From: Oscillospiraceae bacterium
GTDB taxonomy: Bacteria; Bacillota; Clostridia; UBA1381
Assembly: GCA_022508725.1 (NCBI GenBank)
Contig: JAFLUR010000001.1
Coordinates: 1-43,060, forward strand
DNA length: 43,060 nucleotides
Direction: 5' to 3'
The notes below the pieces were generated by a model. It saw nothing but the letters and a program-made list of their open reading frames with translations. It did not search any database and was not told where the DNA came from. Within the stretch, counting starts at the first letter, position 1. Each line of letters opens with the position of its first letter. Positions 35,752-43,060 of this stretch are shown piece by piece. Both the position numbers and the translations under genes were made by a program.

Positions 35752-38700
35752 TTATTCAAATCTGATTGCAAATACTTCTCTTACATTCATTCTGTAAGTT
35801 CTTACAACAATGAGATCACCCGTACCGTCATCATCGTCATAAGGAATAAGGTCACTTACAAGCTCGCCTTCCTCAACCTTGCCTGTTCTTGTATTGTAAA
35901 TATCAACATAGTAGCCCGGATCAAGCGCGATGTTGCTTCCGCCTCTGATCGCGATTGTGAGCATATCGTCCGCATCAACATCATCGATCTTACCTGCGCC
36001 GAAACCGTCACGACCGTTGAGGTCACCGTTTGTGAGACAGGTGATGGAGCTCGGGATAACGCCGAGATCAAGCTCCTCCGCGTCTTTCGCGTCAACAAAC
36101 TTAACCATTGTGTTTACTTTGTTGCCCGATGTCTTAACACCTACTATATCTCCGACTTTGATAGCGTCCTTTATATCCTTACATTCCGGAGAATCCTCAC
36201 CGAGATTGTATTCCGACTTAACCGCTGACCACAGCTTCTTATATGCATACGATCTGTTATCGGTTGCCGAACCGCCCGTTGCGTTACACATTGATATGGA
36301 TGTGGTCTTTGATGTTGTATATGTCACCTTGTTGCCGTTTGCATAGCCTGTGATCTTATAAACATCTCTCTCGTCATCCTCATCGTATACCTGCTGGATC
36401 TTGGAGATCATCATAAGCGGTGTATCGTCTGCCGAGTTATAGTTGTAATCGGACGGATCGGACGATGAACCCACATACTCGATAACAAGCGTAGGCTTCT
36501 TTCCGTCAAATTCCGCGAGGAAGTATGTCTTTGACACACCCTCACGCGCAACATAGCTTGTTCCCGCAACCTTGTCATATGCGTAAGTGGATGTATCGTT
36601 TACATCATCTATCTTTTCGGGCGCCGTGAAACGAACGAGCTCATTTGTCATCAAATATCTGTTATCGATAAGGTTCGAACCGCCGTCCACACCGTCCATG
36701 TTGATGTTAAGAATTACCGGACGGTCATCATCTTCATACTGATAATTTGTTGTAAGGATCGGCATTGACAATTCCTTGATCCTGCCCTTTGAATCGGTGT
36801 TGTATCTTACGAGCTTCATCTGATAAGCGTTGCTTGCGAGCTGCATTTCAATAACGTCCTCAGCCATCATAAGCTCTTCCCAGTCAGACTCGTCATCGTT
36901 TACCCTAAGAGTTCTTTCGCCGTCCCACTCAGCCTTCTTGAGTTGAGACAGGCTCCATCCGCTGTATTTTGAAAGCTCCTTTTCAAGCTCTTCTTCCGTC
37001 TTTGATGAAAGATTTGTAACAACCTGATCCTTTTCCGGTCCGTAGAACGAAAGCCTATCCGCAATTTCGAATGTCTTTACCGAACCCGACTGAGTGAACA
37101 TCTTTATTGTCTTGTTCTGTGTGGAAGAATCCTCTTTTGCCCATATCATCCAGCCGTATTCCTGACCGCTTGACAGCTTGCTGCCCGATGTGCCTTCAAC
37201 AGCGGCTATTCTGCCGAGCGAGTCAAGGTGGAACACGCCCTCGTCGCCCACTTCTATATCACCGGAAAGAGCGAAAGTCTCATCGATCTCATACTGCTTG
37301 CCGTCGATCTTTGCAAAATAATCTCTTTCTTCCTTATCCGCATCATATTCGGTAACCTTACCTTCAATGGTCTTTGTGCTTACCTGAATATTCATAATTC
37401 TGTCGCCGGTCTTGTTTGCGCTCTCGAGAACCGTGAGTATATCCCACTTTTTAAGTCTCTTGGCGTCTATCTTGCTTCCGTCCTTGATTATCGTAAGATC
37501 GAGATCGTCGTCCTCAAGGTCAACGTTAAGCTTCTTCGAGCCGTTTACTTCATATTTGGCGGTAATCGAAGAATCGGTAGCGCTTGTTACGACATAAGTC
37601 TTGTAGCTGTCTATAAATATAACATCGTAATATCCGTCGTTATCATAGTCGTTGAGGACCACCTTGCCCACTTCCGGAGTAATGAACTCTTCGAGAGTCT
37701 TATCGGAAGGAACGTCCTCAGCCGTTATTATCTTTCCGTTATAGATTATAACGGGAGCTTTGCATTTAGCCGCCTTTGTCTTTGTTGTGGACTTGTTTGC
37801 GTAATAGTTGATCTTACCGCTGTCAGATCTTATATCCTCGATGCTTTCCACATCATCGCCGTCGATCGTGAGCGTATCCTGCTTTGTCTTGGGAACGGCA
37901 TATACTATCTCTCTGAGTCCGTTGCCGTCATGCTCATAGTAATAAGCCTTTACCTTATAGCCGACAAGACCGTCCGCCTCGAAGCTGCCTTTGTAATAGA
38001 TTTCGCCGTCGATAAGGATCTGATCGTCCGCCGGATCCGCCGCGGAGTCGATGGACATCTTGCTTGTAGCCGTGATTATACCCTCGACCTCATAAATCTC
38101 AAGAAGCTCGGACGCAAGAGTTCTGCCCTGCTCGGTCTTGAACTCAACGCCGTCCGCCGTAAGACCGCTGCCCGTGGGATAAAGTGCGTTGAGAGTATTG
38201 TAGATCATCTTTATAACAACGCCTCTTGTCGCGGGAGTGGTTCCCTCGAAACCGGACGCATTCTTTGTTATTTCTATATTCTTCTGACCTGCCGCCGTAA
38301 GATAACCGGACGGGAAGCCGCCCATGTTTATGGCAAGCTGATCGTATTTCAATGCGCACACAAGCATTTTCACAGCCTGCGCGTATGTAACGTTTGCATC
38401 GGGAGCGAATGTTCCGTCGCCCATACCGTTGATAATACCCATATCATATGCAGTCTGGATATAATTTGCCGCCCAGTGCGATGATGTCACGTCCGTAAAC
38501 GCGTTCGTATAAGCGCTCGAAACCGTGTCTATACCCATCATTCTGAGGATCATTGTAGCCATTTCCGCTCTTGTGATCGTGTTATCCGGTCTTATCGAGC
38601 CGTCCTCGTAGCCCTGTACGATATTAAGAGCCGTCACCAAACCGACCGCCTCGTTATAATACGAGTCCGTCGATGTATCCGCCTGTGCCGCAGGCGCCTG

Positions 38701-38889
38701 TACCGCAGGTGCTTCTGCCGGTGCTTCCGTTGCCTCCGCCGGTGTTTCCGCCGCCTGCTCTGTTGACTCCGTCGTTTCCGCAGCCGGTGCCGTTTCCTCA
38801 TCCGCTGCCGAAACGGTAATTCCGGCAGCGCTTGACAGCACGCCTATTGTTAAGAGTAAACTAATGGCTTTTTTTAAGTTTTTACTCAT
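35752..38889 (-). CDS. large S-layer-type protein with three N-terminal SLH domains
   Basis: Signal peptide MSKNLKKAISLLLTIGVLSSAAGITVSA (GGAGG RBS at ATG 38889), then an Ala/Glu/Thr/Pro-rich linker. SLH repeats follow (YYNEAVGLVTALNIVQGYEDGSIRPDNTITRAEMATMIL; FTDVTSSHWAANYIQTAYDMGIINGMGDGTFAPDANVTYAQAVKML). The remaining ~770 aa is unassigned. Confidence 0.85.
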   Translation of the reverse strand: MSKNLKKAISLLLTIGVLSSAAGITVSAADEETAPAAETTESTEQAAETPAEATEAPAEAPAVQAPAAQADTSTDSYYNEAVGLVTALNIVQGYEDGSIRPDNTITRAEMATMILRMMGIDTVSSAYTNAFTDVTSSHWAANYIQTAYDMGIINGMGDGTFAPDANVTYAQAVKMLVCALKYDQLAINMGGFPSGYLTAAGQKNIEITKNASGFEGTTPATRGVVIKMIYNTLNALYPTGSGLTADGVEFKTEQGRTLASELLEIYEVEGIITATSKMSIDSAADPADDQILIDGEIYYKGSFEADGLVGYKVKAYYYEHDGNGLREIVYAVPKTKQDTLTIDGDDVESIEDIRSDSGKINYYANKSTTKTKAAKCKAPVIIYNGKIITAEDVPSDKTLEEFITPEVGKVVLNDYDNDGYYDVIFIDSYKTYVVTSATDSSITAKYEVNGSKKLNVDLEDDDLDLTIIKDGSKIDAKRLKKWDILTVLESANKTGDRIMNIQVSTKTIEGKVTEYDADKEERDYFAKIDGKQYEIDETFALSGDIEVGDEGVFHLDSLGRIAAVEGTSGSKLSSGQEYGWMIWAKEDSSTQNKTIKMFTQSGSVKTFEIADRLSFYGPEKDQVVTNLSSKTEEELEKELSKYSGWSLSQLKKAEWDGERTLRVNDDESDWEELMMAEDVIEMQLASNAYQMKLVRYNTDSKGRIKELSMPILTTNYQYEDDDRPVILNINMDGVDGGSNLIDNRYLMTNELVRFTAPEKIDDVNDTSTYAYDKVAGTSYVAREGVSKTYFLAEFDGKKPTLVIEYVGSSSDPSDYNYNSADDTPLMMISKIQQVYDEDDERDVYKITGYANGNKVTYTTSKTTSISMCNATGGSATDNRSYAYKKLWSAVKSEYNLGEDSPECKDIKDAIKVGDIVGVKTSGNKVNTMVKFVDAKDAEELDLGVIPSSITCLTNGDLNGRDGFGAGKIDDVDADDMLTIAIRGGSNIALDPGYYVDIYNTRTGKVEEGELVSDLIPYDDDDGTGDLIVVRTYRMNVREVFAIRFE

Positions 38890-39034
38890 GTTATTACCTC
38901 CGCTTAAATATTTTTTTGGGTTTATAATATCAATACGGAATTTGTCCGTATTATACACAAAATCAATTATATATCATAAAAAAACTATTTGATATACAAA
39001 ATTCAGTGTTTTAAGTTTAAATTTCAGTGTTTAA

Positions 39035-40195
39035 TTATCCGCTGCGAGATATTTTGGAAATTTCCTTATATACTACCGGCGAAAAACCCGTATACTTTTT
39101 AAATACTTGGCTGAAATACTGAGAATTGGATCCGTAGCCTACCTTTTCCGCGACCTCGTATATCTTGTCTTTTTTATCCCCCATAATGAGGACCTTGGCT
39201 ATCTCCATACGTTTTTCCATGACATACGCCGAGAAATTTTTTCCCGTCTCACGCTTGAAAACCTTTCCGAGATAATCTACGTTTGTATACAGAACATTCC
39301 CGGCTATCCAGCTCAGAGTAAGATTTTCATTGCTTATGTTCTTTTCGATTATATCAAGGGTATCCCTTGTGAGCTTGCTGTAATTCTTGTTGCCCGGCAG
39401 CGAATTTCCCTCGACTATCTCATCGGCAGTGCCTATTATGTACTCCTTTATCTCAAACAGCGTTTTCATTTCCTGCAAAAGGGTCAGACCCTTCATATAT
39501 TTGCCTATCCTCTCGCTTTCGCAGCATCTTATAACGCACACGAAAAGCTCCATGCAGTATGTTCTTGCAATGATCGGTTCGGGTCTGCTGCGTTCTATAT
39601 TGCGGAAAAGCTCGAAAATAAGATAATGCACCTTGGACAGATCGCCGCATCTGAGTGCGCGCTCGACCGCCCCGCAGTCCGGCTCTATGACCCGTTCCTC
39701 CGCCGGACCCATCGCGTCACCGTTTATAAATGTGCTGCCGGATTTTGTATAAAAGCAATAATCCAGACATTTCACGAGATGCGTATATATCTCCGGCAGC
39801 TCTTTCAGGCTCTTTCCGCCGCTGTATGCCGCCGTGATTGTGCCGTCTATCCTGCCCCGGCGCTGCATTTTTTCAAGTCCGGGAATTATGACCGTTTCCG
39901 GAACCGACGCGACAACGATAAGCATATCCGAAAAAACGGTACACAAAAGAAGCTTGTCCTCGTCCGTCGTTTCGCTTATTATATTCTTCAGATACGCGAA
40001 TTCCGAATATTCCGCGCCCTTTTCTCTCATGATCAACAGTGTAACGCTCATCCCGTCGGGAATATCGAACATATCCTTGTAAAGTTCCAGAAAAGCGTTT
40101 TCCGTTCCGACTATGTACTCCTTAAGAAGCTGTTCCTTTAAAATGACCCCCAGCACCTCTTGTTTAACAGTATCCGCAAATTCATAGCTGTCCAT
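39035..40195 (-). CDS. AraC-family transcriptional regulator
   Basis: C-terminal double HTH (...LSWIAGNVLYTNVDYLGKVFKRETGKNFSAYVMEKRMEIAKVLI...IYEVAEKVGYGSNSQYFSQVFKKYTGFSPVVY). The N-terminal ~270 aa is unassigned and has no receiver-domain motifs. AAGGAGAGGA RBS. Confidence 0.85.
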   Translation of the reverse strand: MDSYEFADTVKQEVLGVILKEQLLKEYIVGTENAFLELYKDMFDIPDGMSVTLLIMREKGAEYSEFAYLKNIISETTDEDKLLLCTVFSDMLIVVASVPETVIIPGLEKMQRRGRIDGTITAAYSGGKSLKELPEIYTHLVKCLDYCFYTKSGSTFINGDAMGPAEERVIEPDCGAVERALRCGDLSKVHYLIFELFRNIERSRPEPIIARTYCMELFVCVIRCCESERIGKYMKGLTLLQEMKTLFEIKEYIIGTADEIVEGNSLPGNKNYSKLTRDTLDIIEKNISNENLTLSWIAGNVLYTNVDYLGKVFKRETGKNFSAYVMEKRMEIAKVLIMGDKKDKIYEVAEKVGYGSNSQYFSQVFKKYTGFSPVVYKEISKISRSG

Positions 40196-40383
40196 CGGGC
40201 ATCCTCTCCTTTGATTCGTTACCGCACATTATCAATTTCATCTCATACCTCTCGGCCTGCAGCTCAAAACGAGTCGGGAGATACCGCATTATTATATCTG
40301 ATACTATTATAATCCCTTTTTCAACGAATTTCAAGTATATTTATTTTACATTTATGTTTCAAAACCGGAAAAAGAGAGGAATT

Positions 40384-41025
40384 TTACGGCTGCATCATCA
40401 ACTCTTCCCATGACATAATGTATTTGTCAGCCTCATGCATTATCCGGCGGGCGTCGCTTTGCGCCGACGCGTCATAAACGCCGACCGTTTTCATTCCCGC
40501 CTTTTTCGCCCCGCATATTCCCGGAAGAATATCCTCGTAAACCGTACATTCCGCGGGTTCGACTCCCAATCTTTCGGCAGCCAGCAAATATATATCGGGA
40601 TTTGATTTATCCTTTCCCGTTTCAAAGGAATAAGCCTTTGCCGAAAAAAGCTCCCACACGCCGCATCTTTTCAGAGCCGCCTCGGCAAGCTCGGGAAATC
40701 CGGACGTTGCGACCGCAAGCTTTACCCCCTCCTCATGCAGCTTCGCAAGATATTCCGCCGCGCCGCTTTTCAGCGGTATATTATTCAGGTATTCCTCCGC
40801 CGCGGTACGCTTCGCCTCATCCATAATCTCTTCGGGACTTTCGGACAAGCCGTAATACTCCTTAATGAATTTGCAAGCCTCGGGCAAAGTAATATCCTTT
40901 ACCTTGTTCATAATTTCATCATTTGCGTCAATGTCTCTTTTTTTCAATATTTTGCCGGTTATGACATACCATACCGACATGGAATCGAGCAGAGTCCCGT
41001 CAACGTCAAATATCGCTCCCCTCAT
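40384..41025 (-). CDS. HAD-superfamily hydrolase (subfamily IA, beta-phosphoglucomutase/phosphatase-like)
   Basis: Motif I FDVDGTLLDS, then VATSG and a C-terminal GICGAKKAGMKTVGV. The start is set at ATG 41025 (GGGAGGA RBS). The ORF-track extension to 41082 is merely the translation of a hairpin. Confidence 0.85.
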   Translation of the reverse strand: MRGAIFDVDGTLLDSMSVWYVITGKILKKRDIDANDEIMNKVKDITLPEACKFIKEYYGLSESPEEIMDEAKRTAAEEYLNNIPLKSGAAEYLAKLHEEGVKLAVATSGFPELAEAALKRCGVWELFSAKAYSFETGKDKSNPDIYLLAAERLGVEPAECTVYEDILPGICGAKKAGMKTVGVYDASAQSDARRIMHEADKYIMSWEELMMQP

Positions 41026-41042
41026 AACAATCCTCCCCCATA

Positions 41043-41089
41043 CCGATCGTTGAAAAACGCCGGCAGACAGCCGGATTTTCAACGATCGG
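41043..41089 (-). other. long hairpin immediately upstream of the HAD gene RBS
   Basis: CCGATCGTTGAAAA...TTTTCAACGATCGG, a 14-bp perfect stem with an inner CCGG..CCGG stem. Its 3' end (minus strand) lies 5 nt from the GGGGGAGGA Shine-Dalgarno sequence. Confidence 0.45.
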
Positions 41090-41156
41090 CATAAATTAAA
41101 ATAACGTGACTATTTTAACATATTCTCCGCCGTCCTGTCAAGCAAGATTAAAACGA

Positions 41157-41204
41157 AAGCAGACTTTTCCCGAAAAATCGGAATTTCCGGAAAAGTCTGC
41201 TTTT
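41157..41204 (-). terminator. intrinsic terminator after ptsI
   Basis: AAAGCAGACTTTTCC...GGAAAAGTCTGCTTT, a 15-bp perfect stem, followed on the minus strand by CGTTTTAATCTT. Confidence 0.6.
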
Positions 41205-41233
41205 CATATATTTTCGTTTTCTCATTTCCGTTA

Positions 41234-42901
41234 TCATTCAAGCTGCGCAAGCATTTTATCCTTTATTTCCGAAACATCCGTTTTCACGACTATTTCTTTG
41301 AGAGGCAGTATCATATCGGGAACGACCGAAAGTTCGTCAATGCCCATGGAAAGAAACATTCCGGTAAGCGATGTATCCGCCGCCATATCACCGCATATCC
41401 CCACCCGTATCCCATGCCTGTGCGCGTTATCCGCCGCAGTCTTTATAAGCCTTAAAACCGCCGTATTGCGGGCATCGCGGAAATCCTCCTCCGCGCTCAG
41501 CCGGTCGGACGCAAGGGTATACTGCGTAAGGTCGTTTGTGCCTATCGAAAAGAAATCGACCTCCTCCGCAAGCTTATCGCTTATTACTGCCGCCGCCGGA
41601 GTTTCTATCATTATCCCCATCTCAATATCCCCGCCGAACGGCACGCCCTCCTCCGCAAGCTCGCCGCACACCTCCGCGCATATTTCCTTTATTCTCCTTA
41701 TCTCGCTCACCGAGGTTATCATGGGGAACATGACCGCGATTTTTCCGTATGCGGCGGCGCGGTATATCGCCCTGAGCTGCGTTTTGAACATCGACGTTCT
41801 TGTCAGGCATATCCTTATCCCCCTCACGCCCAGCGCCGGATTTTCCTCCTCCGGCATATCAAAATAATCCGCTTTCTTATCCGCCCCCATGTCAACGGTC
41901 CTTATTACCACTCTTCTTCCCGCAGCCTTCACCGCGGCTCTTCTGTAAGCCTCAAACTGCTTTTCCTCCGACGGATATGTTTCGCTTTCAAGGTATATGA
42001 ATTCGCTTCTGAAAAGTCCCACGCCCATCGCGTCATTCGCGCAGACCGCCGTCATATCCTCGGGTGAACCGATATTCGCGCAAAGCATTATCTTCCTGCC
42101 GTCGCGCGTGACCGGCTTTACGCCTTTAAGCCTCCGGAAAAGCCGCCTGCTCTCATCCGCCTTTTGTTTTTTCCTGCGCATTTCAAGAACGGTATTCATA
42201 TCGGGGTCTATATAAACCCTTCCGGAAAATCCGTCCACTATCACATCGCAGCCGTTGTTTTCTTCTTTGATGATCCCCTCCGCCTCCACGACAGCCGGAA
42301 TTCCCATAGTGCGCGCAAGTATCGATGTATGAGAGCTTTCGCTGCCCTTTTCGGTCACAAACGCAAGTATATCCGATCTGTCAAGCTGCACCGTTTGGGA
42401 CGGGACCAGATCGTCCGCCCCTATGACCGCCGGTCCGCCCGGGCTTATGCTTTTTTTCTCCGCGCCCTCCAGCACCGATATTATTCTTTCCGACATATCG
42501 CGCACATCCGCGGCTCTTGCGCTCATATAGCTGTCCTCCATGGCGTCAAACATTTCGATAAATCCGTCCGCCGCCGCTGCCGCCGCGCCTTCGGCGCATA
42601 ATCCGCGGTCGGTTATGTTCGTTTTTACCGAATCAAGATAATACATATCCTCGATCATCATTTTGTGTATATCGAAAATCATCGCGTTTTCTTCACCGAC
42701 CTCGACGACCGCTTTTTTGTAAAGCTCATCAAGCTGACGCTTTGCCCGTTCCGCCGCCCGCTCGAAACGCTCCCATTCCCTCTCCGGATCGTCCGCTCTT
42801 TTGCGCTCCTTTCTTTCTTTTCTTTTTAATATCTCCAGTCTGCCGAACGCAATCCCGCCGCAGACACTTTTCCCCATTATCATAAGCATGGCCTCAAACA
42901 C
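41234..42901 (-). CDS. ptsI: phosphoenolpyruvate-protein phosphotransferase (PTS enzyme I)
   Basis: Phospho-His region GSESSHTSILARTMGIPAV and PEP-utilizer C-terminal signature FFSIGTNDLTQYTLA. The 5' end is uncertain (GTG 42901, ATG 42889, 42883 or 42877). Confidence 0.92.
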   Translation of the reverse strand: MFEAMLMIMGKSVCGGIAFGRLEILKRKERKERKRADDPEREWERFERAAERAKRQLDELYKKAVVEVGEENAMIFDIHKMMIEDMYYLDSVKTNITDRGLCAEGAAAAAADGFIEMFDAMEDSYMSARAADVRDMSERIISVLEGAEKKSISPGGPAVIGADDLVPSQTVQLDRSDILAFVTEKGSESSHTSILARTMGIPAVVEAEGIIKEENNGCDVIVDGFSGRVYIDPDMNTVLEMRRKKQKADESRRLFRRLKGVKPVTRDGRKIMLCANIGSPEDMTAVCANDAMGVGLFRSEFIYLESETYPSEEKQFEAYRRAAVKAAGRRVVIRTVDMGADKKADYFDMPEEENPALGVRGIRICLTRTSMFKTQLRAIYRAAAYGKIAVMFPMITSVSEIRRIKEICAEVCGELAEEGVPFGGDIEMGIMIETPAAAVISDKLAEEVDFFSIGTNDLTQYTLASDRLSAEEDFRDARNTAVLRLIKTAADNAHRHGIRVGICGDMAADTSLTGMFLSMGIDELSVVPDMILPLKEIVVKTDVSEIKDKMLAQLE

Positions 42902-43007
42902 TGACTCCTTTCCCCAAACCGAACAAACGCGGAAATTTCCTCAAACGACCGGTTTAAAAAAATCTCCGCGGTCTTTGCGGTAATATTTTGACATTCAAAT
43001 TTTTCAG

Positions 43008-43060
43008 GGAAACACTGATTTAAAGGTAATCAAAAAATAATTTACGAAAAAATATACGCT
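43008..43060. repeat. second copy of the left arm of the family B element (truncated by the window end)
   Basis: GGAAACACTGATTTAAAGGTAATCAAAAAATAATTTACGAAAAAATATACGCT is identical to 24874..24926 except for one base (T vs G). It is in the same orientation, and the window stops inside it. Confidence 0.85.

Noticed and set aside
37228-38484. 418-aa ORF on the + strand (and similarly 39107..40141, 14525..15304, 32270..32872, 20864..21541)
   Set aside because: These are antisense shadows of well-supported minus-strand genes (SLH protein, AraC, FprA, GH105, GH2). They have no recognisable motifs or RBSs.
38690-38830. Repetitive GC-rich nucleotide stretch (gccggtgcttc-like motifs)
   Set aside because: It encodes the Ala/Glu/Thr/Pro-rich linker between the signal peptide and the SLH domains of the 1045-aa protein. 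It is a low-complexity coding region, not a discrete repeat element.
42902-43007. Apparent absence of ptsH (HPr) upstream of ptsI
   Set aside because: Only ~160 nt of upstream sequence is available before the window ends inside a repeat. Absence cannot be established, so it is not reported as a finding.

Overview
This 43-kb window looks like it comes from a Gram-positive anaerobe, probably Clostridia-like. That taxon call is an inference from SLH-anchored surface proteins, an L-box riboswitch, nadK-argR-recN synteny, a ferredoxin-dependent 2-oxoacid oxidoreductase and strong GGAGG ribosome-binding sites.

The left half (1-22.7 kb) is mostly housekeeping:
- a pilT-pilC-pilin operon
- a lysine-riboswitch-controlled asd-dapA-dapB operon
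- a four-subunit 2-oxoacid:ferredoxin oxidoreductase operon with a small trailing ORF
- a P-loop NTPase and an RseC-family protein
- nadK-argR-recN
- a flavodiiron protein and a U32-family protein
- a translationally coupled FAD-oxidoreductase / GT-C membrane glycosyltransferase pair
- a GH2 glycosidase

The right half (22.8-43 kb) is a cell-surface and glycan locus:
- a Tyr-rich internal-repeat secreted protein of unknown function behind a consensus promoter
- a visibly AT-richer polysaccharide deacetylase gene bracketed by long inverted repeats, plus a 44-bp tandem array
- three SLH-domain proteins
- an LplABC-type sugar ABC transporter and a GH105/88 hydrolase
- an AraC regulator, a HAD hydrolase and PTS enzyme I

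I saw no recognisable defence system, prophage, transposase, CRISPR array, tRNA or rRNA. The most unusual content is non-coding. There are two families of palindromic intergenic repeat elements. One of them flanks the deacetylase cassette and also ends the window. All coordinates and motif calls come from reading the sequence by eye, and no database search was possible.
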